Shown here in pieces: positions 9,495 through 19,883 of a stretch of 64,000 bases of DNA. This stretch comes from Nitrospirota bacterium. GTDB lineage: Bacteria; Nitrospirota; Nitrospiria; Nitrospirales; Nitrospiraceae. How positions within the stretch are numbered: the stretch's first letter is position 1; every line of letters starts with the position of its first letter. The stretch is from contig CAVPGK010000015.1 of NCBI GenBank assembly GCA_963703955.1, forward strand, positions 96,001-160,000, written 5' to 3'. The position numbers were made by a program, and so were the translations under genes. The notes under the pieces are model-generated. The model saw only the letters and a program-made list of their open reading frames with translations, did no database searches and was not told the DNA's origin.

Positions 9495-10598
9495 ATGAGA
9501 GTCAGAACTCTCGTCGTGGATGACGATGAGGACATCCTCACGATTCTTCGGGACCATTTACAGAGTCGAGGACATGAAGTGAGCTGCGCTGCAGATGGTC
9601 AAACGGCCTTGGACCAGTTGATGCAAGGGCTGCCCGACCTAGTATTTCTCGATATAGAGATGCCGAAGGTCAAGGGACTCCAGCTGCTTCGGCATATTCG
9701 ACAAACCTGGCCAGAACTGCCCGTCATTATCATGACAGCCCACGGTAGCATTTCTGTGGCAGTTCAAGCGATGAAAGAGGGGGCAAATGACTTCATCACC
9801 AAGCCACTCGATTTTCGGCAGCTCGGCATGACCATTTTCAAAGCGATGGAGCGGAAAGAATTAAGTGCGGAAGTGGCAAAATTGTTAGGCGAAATTAGTC
9901 ATGAGGTCAAGAACTTGCTGCAACCCATGGTTTGCGGGACGGATCTGCTTGAATCCGAGATCGGTGATCTACTGAAAAGGCTTCCGAAAGTGGAAACCAT
10001 ACAAGCTGAGGAAAGCCACAAGCTATGCGACGAAGTGATCGACATGCTTCGGAATACTACCGGACGCATGCAGGATCGTATGAAGTCGATTGCGGATTAT
10101 GTCAACCTTATGAGGAAGCCCCTGACCTTTAGTCCCTGCACAATAGCGAGAGTTGCGGAGCAAGTCTTATCGGTTCTGGGCCGAGTGGCTGAGGCGAATG
10201 GAATCGTGTTACGGTGTGAGGGGTTAAATAATCTGCAACCGGTTACAGCCGATGAAGGTCGGCTTTTCACTGTGCTCTACAACTTGGTTAATAATGCCCT
10301 TGCAGCCGTGCCGAGAGGAGGATCTATTACCATACAAGGTGAAGCGGACCTCCTGGTCGACGCTATTCGGCTTGCCGTGAAGGATACAGGGCGAGGGATG
10401 ACCCAGGAGGTTCGGGATACTCTCTTTACGGATCAGACGATAAGTCGAAAAATCGGGGGGACGGGCCTCGGAATCAAGATCGTTAAGGAAGCAGTGGAGG
10501 CTCACGGCGGGCAGATTTCCGTGGAAAGCATTCCCGGAGGCGGGACGACCTTTCATATTCTTCTCCCTTTCCAACCACGCGTCAGATCTTCTGCTTGA
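9495..10598 (+). CDS. Hybrid response regulator-histidine kinase (REC-HisKA-HATPase), no sensor or TM domain
   Basis: LVVDDD, LVFLDIEMP, DFITKP; ISHEVKNLL; NLVNNA, DTGRGM, GGTGLG. Confidence 0.92.
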   Translation: MRVRTLVVDDDEDILTILRDHLQSRGHEVSCAADGQTALDQLMQGLPDLVFLDIEMPKVKGLQLLRHIRQTWPELPVIIMTAHGSISVAVQAMKEGANDFITKPLDFRQLGMTIFKAMERKELSAEVAKLLGEISHEVKNLLQPMVCGTDLLESEIGDLLKRLPKVETIQAEESHKLCDEVIDMLRNTTGRMQDRMKSIADYVNLMRKPLTFSPCTIARVAEQVLSVLGRVAEANGIVLRCEGLNNLQPVTADEGRLFTVLYNLVNNALAAVPRGGSITIQGEADLLVDAIRLAVKDTGRGMTQEVRDTLFTDQTISRKIGGTGLGIKIVKEAVEAHGGQISVESIPGGGTTFHILLPFQPRVRSSA

Positions 10599-10781
10599 GG
10601 AAGCTCGGGCGTGGGGCCTGATTGTCCACTAGTGCTGCCATGGAACACGGTCGTGGGGCCGTGGCGGACAGAGTCGTAAGTCGCGCCCTCGGCATATCCA
10701 GACCTCAGTGGGAGGATGTGCTGCAACTGGGTTCTTGTCTTATTCCTGGCGTTGGAGTATCAGTCTTGCCTCTGTTGCTGA

Positions 10782-11069
10782 TCAGTGACGGCTTTTCACT
10801 ATCTCCACGAATGGAAGGTTGGTCTTCGCTGTTTCCGCTCGCCGGTGGCAGCGGAAACAGTCCTGGCGTTTTGGATGGCGAGTCGGCACAGGCCGGCTCG
10901 CCTCAGCCGCATGACACCGGCTACATTCCTTTTCCGATGTAAGGGCTCGATGATCGGCGGTGTCCGGCACCTGAGGATTCCGGTCCCGAGGCGTGGGCAA
11001 CAATGAGACAAATAGAATGACCACCCCGACGGCGAGGAGAAAGATCCAGTCAGCCTTGCGGAGCGTCAT
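10782..11069 (-). CDS. Small membrane-anchored diheme cytochrome c
   Basis: N-terminal TM; CSRCH and CFRCH; ATGA overlap with the upstream gene. Confidence 0.8.
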   Translation of the reverse strand: MTLRKADWIFLLAVGVVILFVSLLPTPRDRNPQVPDTADHRALTSEKECSRCHAAEASRPVPTRHPKRQDCFRCHRRAETAKTNLPFVEIVKSRH

Positions 11070-13918
11070 GATGCCGAAGGCGAGACCTTGGCGCGTGAGG
11101 CCGCGTCAGCCGCAAAGGACTCGTTCACCAGTTCCGCCACATGCTTGACACCGACCTTTCCACGCAAACCGTTTTTTAGCTGGATCATGCATGCGGGACA
11201 GCTCGTAGCGACTACGTCCGCGCCACTTTCCTCGATCGCCCGCAGCTTGCGTCTAAAGATTTTCTGAGCGGTCTCGTAATCCTTGAGGATGTAAGTACCC
11301 GCGCCACCTGCGCATCGATCAGCGTCCTGCATCTCCACAAACTCCACTCCGGGAAGATGCGAGAGCGCCTGGCGCGGCGCTTTCGTCACACCTGCCGCGC
11401 GAAGATGGCAGGACGAGTGGTAGGTTACTTTGCGGGCGGCAGACGGGCCCCCCCCTCCCCCGATCAACGGAGAACCTCCCGCTTCCGCAACCACCTCTGA
11501 AATATGCTTCACACGACGTGCGAGGCGATCAGCCGCTTCACGCTCGGGTTCTCCCTCGAATAATTTCGGATAATCCTTGAGCATTAGCGTGCAGGATGCA
11601 CATCCGGTCACGACCGTCTCATAAGGCTCGAAGGCTGCAAGGTTGACCCGAGCCCCATTTTTTACAAGATCAACGTGGCCGTAGGTTTGAATGGGGGTTC
11701 CCGAACAACGCTGTTCTGGCAGCGCGGGCTGGATCCCAAGCTTTCGCAGTACGGCAATGACCGCGTCTCCGACACCATCATTCAAATAGTTCGCAGCACA
11801 GCCGTGAAAATACGCCACTCCCTTCTGATCCGACTTTGGCTGCCGAACCAGCTCCGGATAACGGTCGCGCAGGTGCTTGACTGCCAGCCTCGGCAAAACC
11901 ATCTCTCGGGGAATCCTGGCGGTCTCGGCAATCCGGCGCATGAGCGGGCGCGTGAGCCATTCCAACGCGGCCCGGGGTCGCGGTCGGTCCCACAGTCCCT
12001 GAGTCAAAGCGGCAATCTTGAGAAACGGCTCGAACAGCCGGCGTCGCGCCTGAAAGGAAAAAATCAAACCGGCCATCCGATTGGGGTGTTCTGCGCGGCG
12101 TTTGAGAATCAGCTCAGAGACATCCACATCGGCCGGGCAAACCGCTCGACAGGACTTGCAATTCAAGCAGGCTTCCACGACGCGCTTAGAATTGAGATAG
12201 CTGTAATCCTTGGCTGTGACGATCTCATACCATCCCCGCGAACTCATGTCCTCCGATTGAAAGACATCATACACCGGACAAACCGAATTGCATTTCCCAC
12301 ACGTCGCACAGTCCTTTGCCAATCGCGTATAGTCGATGTGCTCGCTAAAGGGTGTGTCGCTGATCTTCACCCCAGGATTCATGACCCCGCTCGGATCAAG
12401 GGCCCGCTTGACCTCCGTGAACAATCCATAGAGTTCGTCCCCAAACATACGACGCACGTACTGCGCGCGCACACGCCCGTCACCGTGCTCCCCACAAATC
12501 GACCCTCCGAAGCGAGTCAGCACGGTTTGGTGAATGGCATGGTAACCCTCGATCATCCTCGCAAAGTCATCTGGATCATTTACATCCAACAACGGGACGA
12601 TATGCGCATTCCCGTTTCCAATGTGGCCGAAGATCGCAACAGGAATGCGCTGGCCTTTGAAGAAGCCCTCCAGAAATCGAATCAACTCGCTGATTTGCTC
12701 GGCGCGCACCACAACGTCATCCACATAATTGATGGGCTTCTTGTTATGGCCATATCGATACAGCGTTGGATACAGAGCTTTGCGTGCCTTCCACAAGAGG
12801 TCACGCTGCTCTTGATCGAATGCCAGCATCGGATCCGAGGACAGACGATATCGCCGGCACAGATCGGTCAGTCGAGCGGCCTGATCCATTGAAGGTCGGA
12901 TTTCTGGCGAACCGCTGTCGTCAAACTCTGCCAGCAGTGTGGCGGCCGCGTCGTACGGAATGCCGTGGCGTTCGCGCCCGATCAGGTTCAGCGTGTTAGC
13001 GTCCATGATCTCAAGCGCACTCGGGTTCAACGATAACAGCCGGGACACGGCCTCACCGATGTCCTCGAGGTATTGAAAATGAATGAGCGCTGTGGTCGTC
13101 GATTTCGGGCGATCGACGAGGCGGAGTCTGGCCTCACTAATGACCCCGAGGGTTCCTTCACTGCCGACAAACAGCTTCGGGAGATCGAACTTGTTTCGGT
13201 CCAAGCCATCCACCAATCCGAACAGGTTATACCCGCAACTGTTCTTGGTCACCGTGGGCCGTTTTGCTCGAATCACCCCAGACCGCTCGTGCACCATCCT
13301 GAGCACACGCTGGAGCGGGGGATGTGCGGACAGCACTCGCTCAAGATGTGGGTCCGCCAGATCATAGTCCCGTGCATCCAACCAACCACCCGCCTGTACA
13401 TACACCTTCAGCGCAAGCGCATTGTCTTTCACGGAACCGTATCGAAGGGTATGAGGACCCGAAGAATTATTCGCCAGCATGCCTCCCAGTTTACACATAT
13501 CCCCGCTGGAGGGATCAGGACCAAACATGAGGCCATGCCCTGCCAGTCGCCGGTTCAACTCCGCAAAGACAATACCCGGTTGCACGCGGACCCACTTGTC
13601 CTCCCGGTTCAGTTCGAGAATGCGATTCAGGCGTGAAATGTCCAGAATAACGCCGAAACCGATGGCAGAACCCGTCAAATTAGTCCCAGCAGCCCGAGGC
13701 GTCACCGGCATACCGGTTCGGACCGCGTAGTCAATGACCCGTTGTATGTCGTCATCAGTCTCTGCTAGGACAATGACCTTGGGAACGATCTTGTAGATAC
13801 TCGCGTCCACCGCATAGGCGGTCAGGGAAGACACATCATCCCGGACCTTTTCCCTGCCGATCAGATGTCGGAGATCTTCCGCAATAGGGCGCTTCTTGTC
13901 CGGCAGGATGAGTGACAT
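11066..13918 (-). CDS. FAD-linked / Fe-S oxidoreductase (GlcD-GlcF fusion; D-lactate/glycolate dehydrogenase-like)
   Basis: PRAAGTNLTG, GSEGTLG, GEHGDG, two CxxCxxCxxxCP motifs and two CCG-like domains. Confidence 0.9.
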   Translation of the reverse strand: MSLILPDKKRPIAEDLRHLIGREKVRDDVSSLTAYAVDASIYKIVPKVIVLAETDDDIQRVIDYAVRTGMPVTPRAAGTNLTGSAIGFGVILDISRLNRILELNREDKWVRVQPGIVFAELNRRLAGHGLMFGPDPSSGDMCKLGGMLANNSSGPHTLRYGSVKDNALALKVYVQAGGWLDARDYDLADPHLERVLSAHPPLQRVLRMVHERSGVIRAKRPTVTKNSCGYNLFGLVDGLDRNKFDLPKLFVGSEGTLGVISEARLRLVDRPKSTTTALIHFQYLEDIGEAVSRLLSLNPSALEIMDANTLNLIGRERHGIPYDAAATLLAEFDDSGSPEIRPSMDQAARLTDLCRRYRLSSDPMLAFDQEQRDLLWKARKALYPTLYRYGHNKKPINYVDDVVVRAEQISELIRFLEGFFKGQRIPVAIFGHIGNGNAHIVPLLDVNDPDDFARMIEGYHAIHQTVLTRFGGSICGEHGDGRVRAQYVRRMFGDELYGLFTEVKRALDPSGVMNPGVKISDTPFSEHIDYTRLAKDCATCGKCNSVCPVYDVFQSEDMSSRGWYEIVTAKDYSYLNSKRVVEACLNCKSCRAVCPADVDVSELILKRRAEHPNRMAGLIFSFQARRRLFEPFLKIAALTQGLWDRPRPRAALEWLTRPLMRRIAETARIPREMVLPRLAVKHLRDRYPELVRQPKSDQKGVAYFHGCAANYLNDGVGDAVIAVLRKLGIQPALPEQRCSGTPIQTYGHVDLVKNGARVNLAAFEPYETVVTGCASCTLMLKDYPKLFEGEPEREAADRLARRVKHISEVVAEAGGSPLIGGGGGPSAARKVTYHSSCHLRAAGVTKAPRQALSHLPGVEFVEMQDADRCAGGAGTYILKDYETAQKIFRRKLRAIEESGADVVATSCPACMIQLKNGLRGKVGVKHVAELVNESFAADAASRAKVSPSAS

Positions 13919-14011
13919 GAGACTGTGGTTCCGTCTGCGTGGTATTGTAGGCAGAGTGCCCCGCGGAGAACAAGGTCCGTCGACGCAGGCGAGGGGGAGG
14001 TCTCTGAAAGG

Positions 14012-14812
14012 TCAGGCTTGTTCGGCAGGCTCTGGAGTCATGGAATCGGAGAGGGAGAGATTCTCTCCCTCTGCAGCCTCGACGTCCCCGACGACCAGTA
14101 GGTCCTCTCCGACGGGCAGCATGGCCTGTTCGGCCTCACCCAATTCCTTGAATTCCCGCAATGGCGGTAGCTCCGAGAGATCACGCAAGCCGAAATGCTG
14201 AAGGAAGTACTTCGTCGTCCCGTACAGTATCGGCCGCCCGGGGACTTCCTTGCGCCCGATCATCCGAACCAGTTTGCGTTCCAACAATGTTCGAAGGACA
14301 CCGGATGTTTCGACCCCACGAATCTCTTCGATCTCCGCACGAACAATCGGCTGCTTATAGGCGATAATCGCCAGGGACTCTAGTCCGGACCGGGACAGCT
14401 TGGGTGCCGCTTTTGTCTTGCCTAGCTGTTTGATCCATGGGGCATGTTCAGGCCTCGTCACCAGTTGAAAACCGCCGGCGACCTCAATCACCTGAATCCC
14501 GCGCTGACTCTGATCACACTCCTGTTGAAGTCGGAGCAAGACCTGCCGCACCTCAGTCTTCGAGACGCACTCCAATGTCGCGGTCAGCCGGTCAAGGGTC
14601 ACGGGTTGATGGGACACAAAGAGTAGAGCCTCCAATACCGACTTCAACTCCCCGTCATCGAGAATTCTAGAACGATTGGCTCCGTCCACAGCAGCCGGAT
14701 GATCACCCGGCGTGTCATCGGCCATCTTATCATCTGCAAGCAGGGTCTCTTCCGCCTTGTTGTGGATCTGGTCGAGGTCAAGACGATCCGTTGTGGTCAT
14801 ATCCCCTCCCAA
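14012..14812 (-). CDS. scpB: Segregation and condensation protein B
   Basis: LEALLF, LSRSGLESLAIIAYKQP, IEEIRGV, PGRPILYGTT..FL..FGL. Confidence 0.96.
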   Translation of the reverse strand: MGGDMTTTDRLDLDQIHNKAEETLLADDKMADDTPGDHPAAVDGANRSRILDDGELKSVLEALLFVSHQPVTLDRLTATLECVSKTEVRQVLLRLQQECDQSQRGIQVIEVAGGFQLVTRPEHAPWIKQLGKTKAAPKLSRSGLESLAIIAYKQPIVRAEIEEIRGVETSGVLRTLLERKLVRMIGRKEVPGRPILYGTTKYFLQHFGLRDLSELPPLREFKELGEAEQAMLPVGEDLLVVGDVEAAEGENLSLSDSMTPEPAEQA

Positions 14813-15594
14813 CCGGATTCTTTGGTTACCGCGTCAAGCGCCTGCTCGCTGACGGGTGTAAGGGCGCGCGTGACCAGGATGGGCCCAAAGGCCAGCCCTT
14901 GGAATACCCGCACCAACTTGAGACGGGTCAATTCCAACAATGCCAGAAAAGTCACGATGATCAACAGTCGATGTCCCTGATTCTCAAACAGCGACGCAAA
15001 AGTCACCGATTCTTTCCCGTCCAGCATTTTTAGAACGACATTCATGCGGTCCCTTACAGTCAGATTCTCAGCGGGGATTTCCATAAGACGCGTATGATGA
15101 GGTGTCCTTGCAAGGATGGCGTGCAGCGAATCGACCAGATCGAACAGCGTGACATCTTCGATCAACGACTCGTGTGAGTGGACCGTAACGGGAACCGCCT
15201 GTTCCCGATAGAACACCTCACGCCATAACCGCTCGCGCTCGTCGAGACGACACGCGGCTTCCTTGTATTGCTTATACTCCAACAGGCGACGGACCAAGTC
15301 CCCGCGAGGATCGGGCCCATCATCCTCATCGGTGTCCGTCTCATCGGTGGGGAGCAACATCCGCGACTTGATTTGCACGAGCGTGGCCGCCATGACGAGG
15401 AAATCACCGGCAACGGCCAGGTTCAGAGAAGTCATCAGGCCCAGATACTCAAGATATTGTTGGGTGATGAGCGCAATAGGAATGTCGTAAATGTTGATTT
15501 CATTTTTCTTGATGAGATGAAGCAGCAGATCTAGCGGTCCTTCGAACGTGTCGAGCCGCACCTGGTAAGGAACGTCGATTTGATTCTCCTCCAC
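14797..15594 (-). CDS. scpA: Segregation and condensation protein A
   Basis: FEGPLDLLLHLIKKNEINIYDIP, FLVMAATL..IKSRMLLP, VTFLALLEL; GTG start at 15594 with a GGAG RBS. Confidence 0.95.
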   Translation of the reverse strand: MEENQIDVPYQVRLDTFEGPLDLLLHLIKKNEINIYDIPIALITQQYLEYLGLMTSLNLAVAGDFLVMAATLVQIKSRMLLPTDETDTDEDDGPDPRGDLVRRLLEYKQYKEAACRLDERERLWREVFYREQAVPVTVHSHESLIEDVTLFDLVDSLHAILARTPHHTRLMEIPAENLTVRDRMNVVLKMLDGKESVTFASLFENQGHRLLIIVTFLALLELTRLKLVRVFQGLAFGPILVTRALTPVSEQALDAVTKESGWEGI

Positions 15595-15692
15595 TGTCTT
15601 CTCCGTGATGATAGGGAGCGTTATACCATCATTGGTGGATAAGGGCAAGCCGAATTCTATATATTGTGGCGTTCGCTGTCGGATGTCCGGCA

Positions 15693-16780
15693 TCAACGTT
15701 TCTTGAGAACCAGGACGAAGATGACCGTGACAACGCCAAGGTCGCGCCGATCCCATAGAGAAGCCGGGGGTCCTGGAGGCTGCCCCGCTTTGGAGGGTCA
15801 CTCGTCATCTTTGTACGGGTGAAGTTCGGCTCAAGGTTAAAAAAGACCTTGCTGAAGTCATGAAGTCCTTTGAACTGGGCATCAGAAAAATCCGCCTGCC
15901 CTCTAAAGGTTGATCGACGGAAGTACGCATCCTTTTCAAAAATAGTGAAGAGGAAAAAAATCTCCCGTTCGAACAGCGCCTCCGAAAAATCCAGATCACC
16001 GCCGAAACGACTTCCGGAAAACCCGGTTCCCATTTTGAAATACGTCCGTGAAAAACTGGCATCCTTTTCGAAGGAAACTTCCAGAAGTTCGGCCAAACCG
16101 TTAAAACCGGCTCGCACGAACGTCGCGCTTTCCCCGAACACCGCGCGATGAAACCGCGTATGATTTCCGAAGGCCGTTCGTTCAAAACGGGCGGGCTGAT
16201 CGAAGATGGCCTGGATGAAGTATCCTTCTCGCAAGAACACGGCGTCGGAGAAATCAGCGGCACCGGAGAAGACGGTGCGGGAGAAATCCACCGGCCGCTC
16301 GAACGTGGTCCCGATCATAGTGATGGGTTTCTTCGCGAGTATCAATCCGTCCTTCAATCGTGTACTGACCACACCACGGACTACCGAATCCTTGATGGAG
16401 ATCGATCCGGGAATCTGCCGCAGTTCCGTGAGCTGGCGGGCACGAATGGCCTGCTGCACTCTCTCAGACGGCAGAGCCTCGAAGTCCACCGGTCTGAGAG
16501 GCAATTGATCCAAAAAAAGATCGTCCTCTATGACGACGCCGACCAGATCCAAGCTTCGTCCGTTTTTCAAGACGTCCAGAATTTCATGAGCCAAGATGGG
16601 ATGTGCTCGACGGTCTTCTTCGGCACAATCCTTTCCGAGGCGCCGCACAAAAGAGTCGTCGCTGGTCGTACTTTCCATTGAACAGAAAGCCAGGGCCGCT
16701 GAGAACCGCAGGATGCAGCCCTCCACAAGAACACCAAACCCCACAATCGAAGCAAAGACGACCGTGGAAAGAAATCTCAT
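15693..16780 (-). CDS. Secreted pentapeptide-repeat protein with a probable C-terminal TM (1-bp deletion near 15732)
   Basis: Repeats DFSRTVF/DFSDAVF/SFSRTYF; a shifted frame restores GIGATLAL-TVIFVLVLKKR*. Confidence 0.75.
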
Positions 16781-16889
16781 GCCGGCACGTTAAAGAAGGC
16801 CTGTGAAAAATGCAAGCAGCGACAGGCGTTTGCCGAAACCGAATCTCTCACCTAGACTAGTGTAGGTCACATTCTTAGCGGGATTCCAG

Positions 16890-17549
16890 ATGGGACAACT
16901 CTCTCCCTCGCGCATTGGTATCGCAGCCGGACTCCTGGCGTTCTCCTTCGTCTTGATGAGTACCGTACGCATCGCCCAGGCCGATAACATTGTGGAGGTG
17001 CCCGTCCTCGCCACCATTCGTGCCAATGAAGGCGGGGTGTTCCATGTGGTGGTGATGAACTGGGACAAACAAACGGCCCCGGACCCCTTGCAGCTGGTGT
17101 GGGGTAATAGCAGGGTACGAGTCAAAGGTGTCGGACTCGGATCACTGGAAGCCGCATTGACCTACGCGTTGAGTCGTCTCTCAGCCAGACCGACCGGGAC
17201 CCTGTCGTTGTATGGCGCGTCCTATATCCCGATCAGTAGCGATGGCCCAAGCGCCGGAGCCGCGATGGCAATCGGATTCTTGGCTGTCTTGAGGGGCGAG
17301 CCAATAACTCGGGGAGTGGCGATGACGGGCACGCTCCAGCCCGATGGGCGCATCGGGCCTGTCAGCGGGATTCCGGATAAGATTCGGGCTGCGGCTCGTG
17401 AAGGGTATCGAACGGTGCTCATCCCTGGGGGGCAGTTGACCGATCCTCGATGGAATCTTCCTGGGTTGGCTTTGGAACTCAATCTAACGGTGAAAGAAGT
17501 GGACACCATCGATGAAGCTTACGAGATGATCACGGGACGCAAGCTATGA
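16890..17549 (+). CDS. Secreted S16 (Lon C-terminal) serine protease domain protein
   Basis: Signal peptide; DGPSAG catalytic Ser, MTG.L..DGRIGPV.GI..KI.AA catalytic Lys; no AAA+ domain. Confidence 0.88.
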   Translation: MGQLSPSRIGIAAGLLAFSFVLMSTVRIAQADNIVEVPVLATIRANEGGVFHVVVMNWDKQTAPDPLQLVWGNSRVRVKGVGLGSLEAALTYALSRLSARPTGTLSLYGASYIPISSDGPSAGAAMAIGFLAVLRGEPITRGVAMTGTLQPDGRIGPVSGIPDKIRAAAREGYRTVLIPGGQLTDPRWNLPGLALELNLTVKEVDTIDEAYEMITGRKL

Positions 17550-18017
17550 TCTACGCGCGTTAGAGCTTGATTTGGTAAGCTCCTTGACAAGAGCCTGATA
17601 CTGCTCCTCCGTGAGGCGATGCATACCGAGGTTGAGACGCCGCGTGAGTTCCGCGTGATCGGGTACCTCGAGAATCTTCTGCAAAAGGGCCATAGTTTCC
17701 GTCGGTGACGACGATCCCCATCGTCGTCCGACCTTGATCCGCACGAATCCGTAACGAGCCTCGCCATGGAGATCCTCTCGCAAAAAAGGATCGAGATCCT
17801 GAAACGGTCTGATACCGGACATCACCGTAAACTGAGCGCAGATCCCTACCTTTAAAACGTACACCAGGCCGCATGACTGATCCATCAAATATTGTTTCAG
17901 GTTGTCCCTGATTAATTGGGTGCGTAGACCCCAGACTTCATGACCGAGCTGAAGTTCTGCGCTCTCCAGAGAATCGCGCTCCCGCAGGGCTCCTGCAACG
18001 AAAAGGAAATGGCTCAT
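17544..18017 (-). CDS. Hypothetical protein, possibly EVE/PUA-like
   Basis: VWGL..., LVYV..., C-terminal GMHRLTEEQY pattern resembles EVE domains. Confidence 0.5.
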   Translation of the reverse strand: MSHFLFVAGALRERDSLESAELQLGHEVWGLRTQLIRDNLKQYLMDQSCGLVYVLKVGICAQFTVMSGIRPFQDLDPFLREDLHGEARYGFVRIKVGRRWGSSSPTETMALLQKILEVPDHAELTRRLNLGMHRLTEEQYQALVKELTKSSSNARRS

Positions 18018-18143
18018 GTGCCTAGTAAGAAGGGTGGAACCTATCCAGGGAAGGGAAGGCTCCAAGGATTGCCTTGGGCTCGTTCTTGGAGCCTTCAATA
18101 AGTCTGTGCTCATCTCATCATAGACGTACGCAACTCAAGACAG

Positions 18144-18593
18144 CTAGGACCTCGAATATTCGTCATCGCTGGAAACATCATCCGGCTTATCAAGGAAGTC
18201 TGACTCATTCTCGTCGTCCTCTTCCATGGAGACCTCATCGGTCAGATCGTCGTCCACGTCCTCCGTCTCAGCGAGATCTTGCATTCGTTCTTCTCGATTC
18301 ATCTCTGTCTCTTCCCTATCTGGTTCTGTACGTTCAGGGCGGGGGCGACGCTGAGGTTTAGCGGTTGATTTCTCCGGCTTTGGACTGACTATGGACTTCG
18401 CGCGTGTTGGAGAAGCTCCACGACGTGCGGCTGCTTTCTTCGATTTTTTCGCGGCGGCTTTTTTCTTTTTCGCAACCGGCTTGCGTCGAGCCGTCTTCTT
18501 GGTCATCTTTTTTCTCTGCTTTTTCATTTTCGTCTTTCGCCCGGACGCTGACCGCACTGCCCGCTTCGTCGGCTTTTTCCGTTTCTTTGCCAT
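18144..18593 (-). CDS. Low-complexity protein with a Lys/Arg/Ala-rich N-terminus and an acidic C-terminus (histone-like)
   Basis: MAKKRKK...AKKKKAAAKKSKKAAARR; tail EDVDDDLTDE...DDEY; AGGAGG RBS. Confidence 0.75.
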   Translation of the reverse strand: MAKKRKKPTKRAVRSASGRKTKMKKQRKKMTKKTARRKPVAKKKKAAAKKSKKAAARRGASPTRAKSIVSPKPEKSTAKPQRRPRPERTEPDREETEMNREERMQDLAETEDVDDDLTDEVSMEEDDENESDFLDKPDDVSSDDEYSRS

Positions 18594-18718
18594 CGTCCGC
18601 CCCCTCCTCTGCAGTGACTGATTAAGCTGCCAACTAGTGGCATCCATCTAGCACGAATCGCTCTTGCCTTGCAACCCGCGCTGGACCGAATTATTTCCGC
18701 GCCACTACCGCTCAATGA

Positions 18719-19690
18719 CTAGGGATCGACCCACACATTCGTAAAGGAGGGAGCACTATCAGCTCCTTTGACGGTGTCCGGCCCTTTCAGGTCCGTAACA
18801 CGCAGGCAGAAGCGAAACAGCCGCCTGGCTGACACTTTGGGCGCGACAAAGGTGGCATTGGGAGCATCCGCGTCAAGCAAGGATATTTTGTTGCCTCTCA
18901 CCTGTTTCCACTCATACCGTAAGGGGTCTCCGTCTGGGTCGGTACTCCGAAGCCCGTTCAAGACCACCTTGCTCTCCCCCTTGACCGTCTGATCCGATCC
19001 CGCGTCGGCAATTGGAGGGCGATTGTGTTCGCCATCCGTCTTCACCACTACGTCCAGTGTTCCCTGTTGACCTCGATTGGCCACCACAATCGTGGCGACC
19101 CCGTTGCCGACCACTTGTAGCGCCCCCTCCGGCGAGATCGTGACCACGTGTTCATTCGAACTGTGATAGGTACTGCCCGTGGCCGTTCCCTGAATGGGCC
19201 GAGTGATGCCATCCGCAAACAGCCCGACGACTGGAAGATCCATGGTCTTCCAGAGTGTATCCAGCCTCAAGGGTTTTTCTGTCTCAAATTCAATCCTGGA
19301 GAGGTCAATGGGCGGTTCTACGTAGACGACTATCTCGTCGAATTCTTCGCGTCCCGTCAAACGTCCCCTGACCACCTCCCCGATGACCAGAAGACGCATC
19401 GCTCCGAGCCCCCCCATAGGCACTTTCAGCGTGCCTCCGTAGGGAGGCGTAGCATCGCCCGTGGAGACAAGCACCGGAGACGCCAGTTGCGTCACCATCG
19501 GCTCCTCCCCCAGGCGATACCAGTAATACCGCACGCGGCCGACAGCAATATCTGTTCCAAGATCGACCGATGCCGTTATCTCTTGACCAGGCTGTAAGAT
19601 CGCGTGTTCAACAGGTGCCGTCACCTTAAACGCAATCGCTTCGGACGTACATACGATCAATAGAATAAGGACCACCAGCACCCTTCGCAA
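18719..19690 (-). CDS. Secreted Ig-like/PKD-domain protein
   Basis: Signal peptide; Big_2-like segment (YHSSNEHVVTIS..G); NRPPIADAG.DQ...STDPDGDPLRYEWKQV. Confidence 0.85.
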   Translation of the reverse strand: MRRVLVVLILLIVCTSEAIAFKVTAPVEHAILQPGQEITASVDLGTDIAVGRVRYYWYRLGEEPMVTQLASPVLVSTGDATPPYGGTLKVPMGGLGAMRLLVIGEVVRGRLTGREEFDEIVVYVEPPIDLSRIEFETEKPLRLDTLWKTMDLPVVGLFADGITRPIQGTATGSTYHSSNEHVVTISPEGALQVVGNGVATIVVANRGQQGTLDVVVKTDGEHNRPPIADAGSDQTVKGESKVVLNGLRSTDPDGDPLRYEWKQVRGNKISLLDADAPNATFVAPKVSARRLFRFCLRVTDLKGPDTVKGADSAPSFTNVWVDP

Positions 19691-19883
19691 CCCATTCCTC
19701 CGTAGCGGTTCACCGGGTGATCATCCACAATTTCCATTGAAAAGACAATGCCAAACGCGCAGGCTGCAAGCACTGGGAATAACCTCGCAGTCTTCGGTAT
19801 AATAGTACATCTGCGACACATGAATCCTTTTTATTGGTTAGGTCTCAAAGCTAGTGCGGAGGGCATTGAAAACAGGGGTAACC

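Noticed and set aside
11675..12892. Long plus-strand ORF (405 aa); similar ones at 48558-49730, 50912-52096 and 34336-35133
   Set aside because: Antisense shadows of well-supported genes, expected in GC-rich coding DNA; no protein motifs
15595..15801. N-terminal extension of scpA
   Set aside because: Overlaps the upstream gene; GTG at 15594 has an RBS and matches the ScpA start
19738..19754. Sigma54-like TTGGCAT-N5-TTTC upstream of the PKD gene; similar near 31000 and 32440
   Set aside because: The -12 GC is missing; too weak to call
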